From Sedimentisphaerales bacterium (GTDB lineage Bacteria; Planctomycetota; Phycisphaerae; Sedimentisphaerales; Anaerobacaceae), in assembly GCA_040772485.1 (NCBI GenBank), contig JAXGYC010000007.1, positions 448,001 through 512,000 of the forward strand: 64,000 nt of DNA, given 5' to 3'. The position numbers and the translations under genes are program-made. The notes under the pieces were generated by a model. It was given only the letters and a program-made list of their open reading frames with translations, was not told the DNA's origin and ran no database searches. The first letter of the stretch is position 1, and each line of letters starts with the position of its first letter. Positions 9,042-18,402 of this stretch are shown here, one piece after another.

Positions 9042-10952
9042 CTATTTCGCCCGCATTCTTTGCAGTTCCATCGTCGCCCTGGAGTCGCCTGTCTGCTGCG
9101 ATTTTCGCAAGGTCTCGATAGCCAGCTCGGTCCGGCCCAGCCTCTGGTAAGCGATCCCCAGGAACAGGTACGCCGAACCCAGGTCCGGGTGTCCGAGATC
9201 GATAGCCCGGTTGAGCAGCGTCACGGCCCGTTCGGTGTCGCCGCTCTGAAGCTGCATGGCGCCAAGCCAGAGGGTGGCGTGTGAATGGCTCGGATAGAGC
9301 CTCAGAACACCTTCGTAGTCGGCAATGGCCTCTGTCCAGTTGCCCGCCTCCCGATGCGCATCGCCCCTCTCGGACAAGGCCCGAACGTTCCGCCGGTCAG
9401 CCTCGAGGACGGCGGTGAAGTCCTCGATGGCACCGGCCGGGTTTCCCATCTTACGCCTGGCGATGCCCCGATTGATGAGGTAGTCGGGCTTGGGTTTCAA
9501 TTGGATCGCGCCGTCAAAATCCCGCAACGCCGCCTGCCAGTTGCCGAGATAGGCATAGCAGCCGGCACGGTTGTTCAAGGCCAGATCCGAATTGGGATTG
9601 AGCCGCAGTGCGGCGTCGAGGTCCGCGATGGCCTCCGCATGACGGCCGGCCTCCGCGCGCGCCAGCCCGCGGTTCAGATAGGCAACCCAGAGATCCGTCC
9701 GTCTGCTGAGGACGTCGTTCCACAACGTCAGGCTGTCTTTCCACACTTCGATCCGCCCAAACGTCGCGTGCCCTAAGAGACCCGCAACGACTGTCAGACA
9801 GACCAGCGTCACAGTCTTCCAGGCGCGGCCGCGTGAAGCGATCCGCACGATCAGGGTTCCGACAAGGAAGAACAGCCCAATGCAGGGGACGTAGGCGTAG
9901 CGATCGCAGACCATCAGCTCGCTGATCGGGACAACCTGTATCACCAGCACGAGCGAGGCGACCATAAAAAGCGCCGCGAAGGCCAGGAGCCGACGGTGCC
10001 TGCCGCTGAACCAGATGCCGACGGCCAGAGCCACCAGAACAAAAGGCGCCAAGTAGAACGAGATCGGCAGCCACCCTTCCGGCTTGCTCGGGAATGGATA
10101 GAACACCGACAGATTCGCCGGCCACAGCAGCTTGCCCACGTACCACAGACATGAATAAGACACGATGCAGACCCGCTCCAGCAGCGAATAACGCAGAGCG
10201 AAATCCTGAAGGTGGCTGGCGCCACCGCGGGCGTACACCGCAGTCACGCCGAACACGATCGACAGCAGGACGAAGGGCGCCTTTTCTACGAGCACCCGAC
10301 GGACCGGCCGCCTGCCCATATACAGATCAATCACAACCAACACCAGAGGAAGCGTCGCGGCACTGGACTTGGCCGGCAGGGCCAGCAGGAACAACCCCCA
10401 CACCACCACCAGACGCCACATCCGGCCGGATCTCGTGTACGTCAGGTAGACGATCAAAGCCCCCAGGTAGAACGACGTCGAGAGCAGGATGCTCAGCGAG
10501 GAAACCCACGCCACGACCTCGACCTGGAGCGGATGAATCGCAAACAGAGCCGCCACGATCAACGCGATGGCTGTCCGCTGCGACAGCGACCGGACCAGAA
10601 CATACACCAGCAGGATGTTCGCCAGATGCAGCAGGACGTTGACCGCGTGGTAGACCCTGGGGTTCAGCTCGAAGAAGCGGTACTGCACCGCGAAGACCAG
10701 CGAGGTGAGCGGCTGATACAAAGACACCGTGAAGCTGGAGAAGATGCTCTTGAGCCCCTCCGGCGACAGATCGCGGATCACCGGGTTGGCAACCACTTGG
10801 CGGTCATCGTCCCAGTTGGTGAACCCATTGTCCAAGGCCGGCAGATACAGCAGCGCCGTGGCGATCAGGACAATCCCAACGCCCCCCCATCGGCGTAAGC
10901 GCCCCGACCTCACCGGCCTGCTGTGTTTCGACTTGCCTCTGCCCTGGTTCAT
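9042..10952 (-). CDS. TMTC-like GT-C membrane glycosyltransferase with C-terminal TPRs
   Basis: F.NWDD...V..NP, YQPL, LFAIHPLQVEVVAWVS, DRYAYVP and VWKDSLTLW; about 6 TPR-like repeats. Confidence 0.8.
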   Translation of the reverse strand: MNQGRGKSKHSRPVRSGRLRRWGGVGIVLIATALLYLPALDNGFTNWDDDRQVVANPVIRDLSPEGLKSIFSSFTVSLYQPLTSLVFAVQYRFFELNPRVYHAVNVLLHLANILLVYVLVRSLSQRTAIALIVAALFAIHPLQVEVVAWVSSLSILLSTSFYLGALIVYLTYTRSGRMWRLVVVWGLFLLALPAKSSAATLPLVLVVIDLYMGRRPVRRVLVEKAPFVLLSIVFGVTAVYARGGASHLQDFALRYSLLERVCIVSYSCLWYVGKLLWPANLSVFYPFPSKPEGWLPISFYLAPFVLVALAVGIWFSGRHRRLLAFAALFMVASLVLVIQVVPISELMVCDRYAYVPCIGLFFLVGTLIVRIASRGRAWKTVTLVCLTVVAGLLGHATFGRIEVWKDSLTLWNDVLSRRTDLWVAYLNRGLARAEAGRHAEAIADLDAALRLNPNSDLALNNRAGCYAYLGNWQAALRDFDGAIQLKPKPDYLINRGIARRKMGNPAGAIEDFTAVLEADRRNVRALSERGDAHREAGNWTEAIADYEGVLRLYPSHSHATLWLGAMQLQSGDTERAVTLLNRAIDLGHPDLGSAYLFLGIAYQRLGRTELAIETLRKSQQTGDSRATMELQRMRAK

Positions 10953-11031
10953 GGCGCGTTCGTGTGCCTCATAACGGTTCCATGTCGGGGCTTACTCTAC
11001 CAAGGCATCGCGATCTCGACAATTCTTCATC

Positions 11032-11059
11032 TTGCCGATGCGCTTCGCATAGGTATAAT
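11032..11059 (+). promoter_or_regulatory. Sigma70-type promoter
   Basis: TTGCCG, 16 bp spacer, TATAAT upstream of the CE15-SGNH gene. Confidence 0.5.
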
Positions 11060-11130
11060 CAGATGCAACTCTGTGCATCGGGATGGGAAGTCTACATCAA
11101 AGGAACAGGTAGACCGAATAGGAGAGAGCC

Positions 11131-13281
11131 ATGTCTGCGGGTTTGAAGCGTTCGATTGCGTGTGGTGTCCTGGCGCTTCTGGGGACAGTGACTCTCGTGA
11201 ATCCATCGACTCGGGCGGCCGTTGGCGGCGGTGCGAGTCCGGCCACTGCGGACGGGTACGACGACCACCGGCACATGATGGATCAATTGGGGATCCGGGC
11301 TCTGCGTCCGGGCGAGAGCGGTCAGAATCAAGAGCGGTTCACCGAGGATAATGCCAATCCCTACTACGACACGATGCCCGACGTGCTGACGATGAAGGAC
11401 CGAACCAGGGTGACCAGGCCCGAGCAATGGGCCGCGAGGCGTGCGGAAATCGTCGAGGACTTCGAGCGCGAGGTCTACGGGCGGATTCCGCCGAACGTGC
11501 CGAAGGTGGCCTGGGAGGTGACGGCAACGACCGAAGGCGACAGCGCGGGCGTCCCGATCATTACCAGGACGCTGGTCGGTCGCGTCGATAATTCGACGTG
11601 CCCGGAGATCGCGGTGAACATCGCGGCGAGCTTCACGGTCCCGGCCGGCGCAACGGAGCCGGTGCCCATGATGCTGGAGTTTGGATTCGGCGGCTTTGGC
11701 GGCGGGCGAGGCGGCCGCGGCGGGCCATCCTGGATGCAGCAGGCCATCGCCCACGGGTGGGGTTATGGTTTCATCAATCCCGGCAGCATCCAGGCCGACA
11801 GAGGCGGCATGAGTCTGCGCCAGGGCATCATCGGCCTGACCAACAAGGGCAAGCCTCGCCAGCCCGATCAATGGGGCGCCCTGCGGGCCTGGGGCTGGGG
11901 CGTCAGCCGGCTGATCGACTTCTTCGAGGCCAATCCCGACATCAAGGTGGACCCGAGGAAGGTCGGCATCGAGGGCGTCTCCCGCTTTGGGAAGGCCGCA
12001 CTGGTCGCGGCGGCCTTCGACGAACGCATCGCGGTCGCCTTTGTCGCCTCCTCCGGCGAGGGCGGGGCGAAGCTGCACCGCCACATATTTGGCGAGGCGC
12101 TCGAGAACCTCACCGGCAAGGGCGAATATCACTGGATGGCCGGCAATTTCCTCAAGTACGGCGCCTCCGATCCCTGCATGACCGCGGCCGATCTGCCCGT
12201 GGACTCGCACGAGCTGATCGCCTTGTGCGCCCCGCGTCCGTGCTTCATCAGCTACGGAGTCCCGCCGGGCGATCCGCCGTGGGTGGACGCTCGTGGCAGC
12301 TTCATGGCCGGCGTGCTGGCCGGCCCGATATACGAACTCCTGGGCAGGAAGGGTTTCGGCACGCCGGGCAACTACCTGACCGACCCGATGCCTCCGGTTG
12401 GAACGTTGACCGGAGGCGAGCTGGCCTGGCGCCAGCACGAAGGCGGCCACACGTCAGGCCCCAATTGGCCAACCTTCTTCGAATGGATAGGACGGTACAT
12501 CAAAGCTCCGCCGCTGCCGGCGGCGGCATCCACCGAACTCGCTGCCGTTCGGTCCGTCGAACGCACGGACCAGAACTCGCGAACCGCCCATGCCCAGTTG
12601 CTCGAAAAGGCAGGAAAGGGCCGCATCGATGTCTACTTCGAAGGTGATTCGATCACCCGCCGCTGGGGAGCGCTGGACTATCCCCAGCTACTGGCCAACT
12701 GGAAGCAGAACTTCTTCGGTTGGAACGCGGCGAATTTCGCCTGGGGCGGCGATGGCACTCGGAACATCCTCTGGCGTCTTGAGAACGGAGAGCTGGACAA
12801 CGTTCATCCCAAGGTCATCGTGCTCATGGGCGGCACGAACGACGTCGGCGGCTCGCCCTCGCGCGGGGATGATGATCCGAGAATCGCGGGGGTAACCGCA
12901 GGCATCAAGGCCATTCTCGATCTCTGCCGGGCCAGGGCGCCCGAGGCCACAATCATCCTGATGGGCATCACCCCGCGCAACGACCGCTCCGCCAATCCCA
13001 CGGCCGTTATGCCCGTGATCACGAAGATCAACGAGAACATCGCCAGACTCGCTGACGGCAGGATGATCCGGTATCTCAACATCAACGACCGACTCGCCGA
13101 CCAGAACGGCAGGCTGCACGACGGCATGACCGTCGATGGGCTGCACCTGTCGCTCAAAGGCTACCAGGTCTGGGCCGACGCCCTGAAACCGATCCTGACG
13201 GAACTGCTCGGCCCGCCCGCCGGCGAGGACCACGCCCCACCCCCCACCGGCGATCCCAGCGCAGCGACCAAGCGTCCGTAG
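11131..13281 (+). CDS. Secreted CE15-type (glucuronoyl esterase-like) esterase fused to an SGNH/GDSL hydrolase
   Basis: CE15 nucleophile motif GVSRFGK, SSGEGG, DSHELIALCAPRP and HEGGH; SGNH blocks GDSIT, GGDG, GTND and DGLH. Confidence 0.82.
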   Translation: MSAGLKRSIACGVLALLGTVTLVNPSTRAAVGGGASPATADGYDDHRHMMDQLGIRALRPGESGQNQERFTEDNANPYYDTMPDVLTMKDRTRVTRPEQWAARRAEIVEDFEREVYGRIPPNVPKVAWEVTATTEGDSAGVPIITRTLVGRVDNSTCPEIAVNIAASFTVPAGATEPVPMMLEFGFGGFGGGRGGRGGPSWMQQAIAHGWGYGFINPGSIQADRGGMSLRQGIIGLTNKGKPRQPDQWGALRAWGWGVSRLIDFFEANPDIKVDPRKVGIEGVSRFGKAALVAAAFDERIAVAFVASSGEGGAKLHRHIFGEALENLTGKGEYHWMAGNFLKYGASDPCMTAADLPVDSHELIALCAPRPCFISYGVPPGDPPWVDARGSFMAGVLAGPIYELLGRKGFGTPGNYLTDPMPPVGTLTGGELAWRQHEGGHTSGPNWPTFFEWIGRYIKAPPLPAAASTELAAVRSVERTDQNSRTAHAQLLEKAGKGRIDVYFEGDSITRRWGALDYPQLLANWKQNFFGWNAANFAWGGDGTRNILWRLENGELDNVHPKVIVLMGGTNDVGGSPSRGDDDPRIAGVTAGIKAILDLCRARAPEATIILMGITPRNDRSANPTAVMPVITKINENIARLADGRMIRYLNINDRLADQNGRLHDGMTVDGLHLSLKGYQVWADALKPILTELLGPPAGEDHAPPPTGDPSAATKRP

Positions 13282-13307
13282 GAACCCAGTCCGGACGAGA
13301 ACTCCAC

Positions 13308-14126
13308 TCAATCAATGTACGGAACAGGAAAGGAATCGGCAGCCAGGGGGATGAGTACGCCGTCGATCACTATCTCAAGACAGGACTCTGTGCTCACGAA
13401 TTGCGGCGTCAGAGAATACGGGATCTCAATCTCTTCGCTGCCCTCCGGCCAGCTATCGTTGAAGCCGGCCAATCCTCCGAATGTGGCCGAGACCCACAGC
13501 CCGTGAAAATACTGCCGGTAGATGCCATACTCTTCGGCGGTGAAATCAGACCAAGTCAATTGGGCGCCGCCAATGCGCTCCGCCACGCTGACGATCCTGC
13601 GCATCCTCTCCCGCAGATCTTCGTCATGGAATCCGATCCTCAACACCAGGCGTGTCGCATGCTCGCCAGCAGGCGGCCAACCAAGGGCGAAAACGACCCT
13701 TTGCTCAGCGGGAAATGATAGAGACGAGGATCCGACCCGCTCCTCACCCGCACGCAAACGAATATAGCGCCCGGCATAGTCCCTCGGGACAGACGGCGAC
13801 CGTTCATACAGAACCTCAAGCTGCTTGCGTACCACAAGGGTTAGACCATCCTCCGCGATGTAGACGTCACTATACGGCGGCACGTCTTTGCCCTTGCTGT
13901 CCTTGAGATAGACCGCGTCGCAGACCCAGATGTCATGCGTGCGCCGATTGACGATCTTGTACCGCACATCCATGCTCTGGTCGTTGACGTCGAACCCCGT
14001 CAACACGATCATCGGAGCTGCTCCCTTCGACTCCGGGTGGCCGTCTCGTTGCCCCTCCGCTACGCCACGCCCCACCGACAACAGACAGACCACACACAGC
14101 ACAGACAACACCGCAAGCCCCTTCAT
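13308..14126 (-). CDS. Hypothetical secreted protein
   Basis: 272-aa ORF with an N-terminal signal-like segment; no recognised motif. Confidence 0.6.
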   Translation of the reverse strand: MKGLAVLSVLCVVCLLSVGRGVAEGQRDGHPESKGAAPMIVLTGFDVNDQSMDVRYKIVNRRTHDIWVCDAVYLKDSKGKDVPPYSDVYIAEDGLTLVVRKQLEVLYERSPSVPRDYAGRYIRLRAGEERVGSSSLSFPAEQRVVFALGWPPAGEHATRLVLRIGFHDEDLRERMRRIVSVAERIGGAQLTWSDFTAEEYGIYRQYFHGLWVSATFGGLAGFNDSWPEGSEEIEIPYSLTPQFVSTESCLEIVIDGVLIPLAADSFPVPYID

Positions 14127-14323
14127 CCCCGTGCCCTTTCGATCCTATGAGTGCAAAAACAAAAATCCCGATCGCGGAGACAGCCCAAGACAGACCACAG
14201 TCTACGGCGCCTTGTGACATATACATTGGCGCCACACGCCGCCGATGGCACCGCCGGACTCTCCGCAAATCTACTTCAGACGTTCCATCTCGCGCTCGCT
14301 TCTGCTACGGACAGATCAAGGCG

Positions 14324-14638
14324 TCAATCGGCGAACAGCTCAGCCAGGGCGTTGAGCAGATTCTGGCGCGTCTGGCCGGAGACGGCACCAACCTTCTTGA
14401 CAAGACGTTGTTTGTCCACGGTTCGGATCTGGTCGACGGCGGCCACGCCGGGCTTGCCGGCGACCTTTGTGGCTACGCGAAACGGATAGGTCCTGCCCGT
14501 GGTCAATGGGACCACGATCACGGTGCGCAGGTGCTTGTTCAACTCATCCGGACTGACAATGACGGCTGGTCGGGTCTTCTGGATCTCGCTGCCGATGGTG
14601 GGATCGAGGTTGAGCAACCAGACTTCGAATCGGTTCAT
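14324..14638 (-). CDS. mazF: PemK/MazF family type II toxin (endoribonuclease)
   Basis: MNRFEVWLLNLDPTIGSEIQKTRPAVIVSPD and DQIRTVDKQRL; ATGA overlap with the antitoxin gene. Confidence 0.92.
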   Translation of the reverse strand: MNRFEVWLLNLDPTIGSEIQKTRPAVIVSPDELNKHLRTVIVVPLTTGRTYPFRVATKVAGKPGVAAVDQIRTVDKQRLVKKVGAVSGQTRQNLLNALAELFAD

Positions 14639-14880
14639 TCCCAGGATCCTTCGAAGTCATTCAACGCGCCGTCCCAATCGGCCAAGTCATCTTGACCGCC
14701 GTCATGGCATGTCTGCGCGGCCGCCTCCCATCCGGCCCGAGCCGGACGCGCGGAAGAGAGAATGACTTTGCCGTCTTTGACTTCCAGATCGATCTGGTCT
14801 TCCAGACCCGCCTGCTCGATCACCGCCTTCGGCAGGCGAACGCCCTTGGAGTTCCCGATTCGTATCAGCGGTATCAGCAT
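14635..14880 (-). CDS. mazE: AbrB/MazE family antitoxin
   Basis: IRIGNSKGVRLPKAVIEQAGL, R.GW and an acidic C-terminus. Confidence 0.9.
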   Translation of the reverse strand: MLIPLIRIGNSKGVRLPKAVIEQAGLEDQIDLEVKDGKVILSSARPARAGWEAAAQTCHDGGQDDLADWDGALNDFEGSWE

Positions 14881-14918
14881 ATCCGGACCTTTCCCATTCG
14901 CGACGCCAGCAACGGGCC

Positions 14919-14955
14919 GTAATTACAATATACCTACCGTCTGCGCCACCTGCAA
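14919..14955 (-). promoter_or_regulatory. mazEF promoter with putative operator
   Basis: Minus strand TTGCAG, 17 bp spacer, TATATT, immediately followed by the palindrome GTAATTAC (14919-14926). Confidence 0.55.
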
Positions 14956-15027
14956 GGGAAAAACAGAGGATCAACAGCGTCCCAGGGTCGAAGGACACCG
15001 CCCTCAACCCAGTCGGTCCAGCGCCGG

Positions 15028-16041
15028 TCAGCGGTTGGCGTACATGGTGCGGTAGTAGTTCTGGTAGTCGCCGGAGACGACGTGGGCCAGCCACTGATCG
15101 TTGGCCAGGTACCAGTCGATGGTTTTGGCGATGCCTTCCTCGAACGTCACGGAGGGCTTCCAGCCGAGGTCGCGCATGATCTTGCCGGCGTCGATGGCGT
15201 AACGGCGATCGTGGCCGGGCCGATCCTTGACGTGCCGGATCAGCGTCTCGGGCTTGCCCACGTGCTGGAGGATGAGCCGGATCACTTCGAGGTTGGGCTT
15301 CTCGTTGCAGCCTCCGACGTTGTAGACCTCTCCCGGCCGCGCGTTCTGGAGCACGCACCAGATCGCGGTGCAGTGGTCGTAGACATAGAGCCAGTCGCGA
15401 ACGTAGAGGCCGTCGCCGTAGACGGGAAGCTCCTTGTCGTGAATCGCGTTGTGGATCATCAGCGGGATCAGCTTCTCGGGAAACTGATACGGCCCGTAGT
15501 TGTTCGAGCAGCGCGTGATGTTGTAAGGCAGACCCCAGGTGTGTCCGAACGCCTGCACGAAATGGTCAGCGGAGGCCTTGCTGGCCGAATAGGGCGAGTT
15601 CGGGCTCAGCGGCGTGCGCTCGGTGAACATCCCTTCGGACCCGAGCGAGCCGTAGACCTCGTCGGTGGAGACCTGGAGGAAGCGCGAGATCTTCTTGTCG
15701 CGGGCGGCCTCCAGCAGCGTCAGCGTACCGCCGACGTTGGTGTCGATGAAGATCTTCGGCCCGGTGATCGAGCGGTCGACATGACTTTCGGCCGCGAAGT
15801 TGACGATGGCGTCGATCCGGTGTTCATCGAGCAGCCGCGTGACGAGCGGACCGTCGCAGATGTCTCCGTGGACGAACCGGTGATTCTCGTGCGACATGAA
15901 TTCCGTGAGGTTCTCGAGATTGCCGGCGTACGTCAGCTTGTCGAGATTGACGACCAGGCAGTCGGGGTGCTCCGACAGGACCATGCGAACGAAGTTGCTG
16001 CCGATGAACCCGGCTCCGCCGGTGACCAGGAGTCTTCTCAT
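15028..16041 (-). CDS. rfbB: dTDP-glucose 4,6-dehydratase
   Basis: TGGAGFIGSNF, DKLTYAGNL, AAESHVDRSI, STDEVYG, PYSASKA and RPGHDRRYA. Confidence 0.96.
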   Translation of the reverse strand: MRRLLVTGGAGFIGSNFVRMVLSEHPDCLVVNLDKLTYAGNLENLTEFMSHENHRFVHGDICDGPLVTRLLDEHRIDAIVNFAAESHVDRSITGPKIFIDTNVGGTLTLLEAARDKKISRFLQVSTDEVYGSLGSEGMFTERTPLSPNSPYSASKASADHFVQAFGHTWGLPYNITRCSNNYGPYQFPEKLIPLMIHNAIHDKELPVYGDGLYVRDWLYVYDHCTAIWCVLQNARPGEVYNVGGCNEKPNLEVIRLILQHVGKPETLIRHVKDRPGHDRRYAIDAGKIMRDLGWKPSVTFEEGIAKTIDWYLANDQWLAHVVSGDYQNYYRTMYANR

Positions 16042-16901
16042 AGCTGCCTCAGGAAACGTTCGAGCCCCTGCTGCCACGGCTCGAGGGGGGTTTTCAACAG
16101 GGCCTGGATTTTGCTGCAATCAAAGCGGCTGTTCAAGGGCCGGTCGGTGGGCGCAGAGTACTCGCGGCTGCAACATGGACGCAGGTCCACGTCCAGGCCG
16201 AGCCGTTCGAAAACGAACTGGGTCATTCCGAACCGGCTGACATAGCCGGCGCTGGCCAGGTGGAAGGTCCCCTGGGTCCTTTGTCCCAGCAGTTCGCAAA
16301 CCGCCTGCGCCACCAGCGTCGTTGGCGTGGGCGATCCGATCTGGTCTTCGACCACGACGAGCGGCAGGCCCGTCTTGGCGCGTTCGATCGTCTTGGTCAC
16401 GAAGTTGCTGCCGTACGCGCCATAGGTCCACTCCAGCCGGACCAGGCAATAGGAGCAGCCGCTGCGGGCAAGCAATTCTTCTCCGCCCAACTTGCTCCGG
16501 CCGTACTCGTTGATCGGGTTGGGACTGTCCGTTTCCTGGTAGGGACGCTCCAGCGTCCCGTCGAAAACGAAATCCGTGCTGAAATGAAGGACCCACTTGC
16601 CAAGCCGCGCCGCCAGTTCGCCGAGGCAGCCCACGCCCTGAGCGTTCACGCGGTGCGCCAGCTCCACGTGGGTCTCGGCGCCGTCAACGTCCGTGTACGC
16701 AGCACAGTTGATCACGGCGTCCGAAGTCTCGACCACGTTCCGCACGTGCTCCGTGTCGGTGATGTTGAATTCGGGCAGATCATAGCTGTGGACGTCAAAC
16801 CCTCTGGCGGCACACGCGGCCACCAGATCGGTCCCGAGCATTCCCTTGCCTCCGAGAACCGCCACCACAGGCTTACGGACGTGCCCGGCCTCACGTGTCA
16901 C
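16038..16901 (-). CDS. rfbD: dTDP-4-dehydrorhamnose reductase
   Basis: GGKGMLG, NCAAYTDVDGAE, STDFVFDG, YGRSKL.GE and DQIGSPT; 4-bp overlaps with both neighbours. Confidence 0.92.
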   Translation of the reverse strand: MTREAGHVRKPVVAVLGGKGMLGTDLVAACAARGFDVHSYDLPEFNITDTEHVRNVVETSDAVINCAAYTDVDGAETHVELAHRVNAQGVGCLGELAARLGKWVLHFSTDFVFDGTLERPYQETDSPNPINEYGRSKLGGEELLARSGCSYCLVRLEWTYGAYGSNFVTKTIERAKTGLPLVVVEDQIGSPTPTTLVAQAVCELLGQRTQGTFHLASAGYVSRFGMTQFVFERLGLDVDLRPCCSREYSAPTDRPLNSRFDCSKIQALLKTPLEPWQQGLERFLRQL

Positions 16902-17623
16902 TTTGGCGGCTCCTTCTGCACCAGATCGTTGGCCTTGGCGAGCGACTCGAACGTACCGGCGTCGGTCCACCATCCCTCCAGAACGTCATAGCCCAGTTGT
17001 CCGCTGCGCACATACGCGTTGTTGACGTCGGTGATCTCCAGCTCTCCCCGGGCCGACGGCTTCAACGTTCGGATGATGTCGAACACCGCCGAATCATAGA
17101 AATACACCCCGATGATCGCATGGTTGGACTTGGGGGCCTTGGGCTTCTCTTCGATCCCCACGACCCTGCCGTCGCGGATCTCCGCCACGCCGAACCGCTC
17201 GGGGTCAGGCACTTGTTTGAGCAGCAGGCGGGCGCCCCGGCCCTGCTCGACAAACCGTCCCGCGTACGCCGTCAGGTCCGCCTGGAAGACGTTGTCTCCA
17301 AGGATCACCGCCACCGAATCGCCGTTGGCGAAGTTCTCCGCCAGCCCCAGAGCCTGGGCGATCCCGCCGGCCTCATCCTGGACCTTGTACGTGAAACGAC
17401 AATGGAACTCCCGTCCCGAGCCCAGCAACCCGACGACGTCCCCCATGTGTTCGACACCGGTGACGATCAGGACTTCTTCGATTCCGATGCCGGTGAGCTT
17501 CTCGATGGGGTAGTAGATCATGGGCTTGTGCCCTATGGGCAGCAGGTGCTTGTTCGTGACCTTCGTCAAGGGTCGCAGGCGCGACCCCGTTCCTCCGGCA
17601 AGCACGACACCTCGTAGGCTCAT
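16898..17623 (-). CDS. rfbA: Glucose-1-phosphate thymidylyltransferase (short form)
   Basis: GVVLAGGTGSRL.PLTKVTNKHLLP, EEKP and PSARGELEITDVN. Confidence 0.9.
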   Translation of the reverse strand: MSLRGVVLAGGTGSRLRPLTKVTNKHLLPIGHKPMIYYPIEKLTGIGIEEVLIVTGVEHMGDVVGLLGSGREFHCRFTYKVQDEAGGIAQALGLAENFANGDSVAVILGDNVFQADLTAYAGRFVEQGRGARLLLKQVPDPERFGVAEIRDGRVVGIEEKPKAPKSNHAIIGVYFYDSAVFDIIRTLKPSARGELEITDVNNAYVRSGQLGYDVLEGWWTDAGTFESLAKANDLVQKEPPK

Positions 17624-17711
17624 CGTTGTGTCCTCAACAACATGACCAGGCTCCTGGCATGTCTGCGGCACGGTATCACCCGGCTGCCGCATCCCTTGTT
17701 ATCGAAAGTGT

Positions 17712-17741
17712 TTGACAGTTCCTTCGAAAAGAGGCTATATT
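17712..17741 (+). promoter_or_regulatory. Sigma70 promoter of tRNA-Lys
   Basis: TTGACA (17712-17717), 18 bp spacer, TATATT (17736-17741), 20 bp before the tRNA. Confidence 0.7.
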
Positions 17742-17761
17742 ACCACGACTTAGACGAACAT

Positions 17762-17834
17762 GGGAGTGTAGCTCAGTCGGCAGAGCAACGCACTTTTAAT
17801 GCGTAGGTCCTGGGTTCGAGTCCCAGCACTCTCA
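17762..17834 (+). tRNA. tRNA-Lys (anticodon UUU); CCA not encoded
   Basis: Acceptor stem GGGAGTG/CACTCTC; D-arm GCTC..GAGC; anticodon arm ACGCA-CTTTTAA-TGCGT; T-arm CTGGG-TTCGAGT-CCCAG. Confidence 0.95.
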
Positions 17835-18402
17835 TTGGTCCGGTCTCGCCAACCACACTCATCTGTATCGTTTCGCCTTCACCTCCAATGCCCTGGTTTC
17901 GACCTCGGCTGCGAGCGAGCTCCAAAATGCAGAGCCGATCGCTTTCATAGAACATCGGTTGGATCAACCCATAACTTGAGACTCGGCTAAATGTTTACAA
18001 AAGCGATACTTACAGGATGCGCGCGCTCGGCCGACAATGTCGCGCTCGGCAGGCTCGACGCCGGGCGGTTGCGCAGTTTCCCGGAAGGAGATCGGCCGAA
18101 GGTGGACGCATCGCGGCGTGTGTCGCACGTCCGAAAAAACACTTCCTCAGACGGATAAATGGGGACTTTTCCATTGCTTTCCGGCCGACCGTCGGTATAG
18201 TCGATGCGGATTAATGGCTGTCTCAGGAGGAGGTCACAGCGCACGCCGCGTCATTCATCTGCGCCGTGCGGCAAGCCTCTATGCATCACGATTCCAAAAG
18301 ACAAAGTCCGGAAAAAGACTTGCCCGCGTCGGCGTCTCGTTCCGGGCGGCTCTTCGTACGAGTTTAGGTTTTGTCCAAGGCCACGGACAGGAGGGTATGA
18401 CC

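Noticed and set aside
18037..18402. N-terminal 120-aa extension of the GEVED protein
   Set aside because: The RBS and signal peptide point to a start at 18397/18403; the upstream stretch contains a promoter-like TTGCTT..TATAGT.
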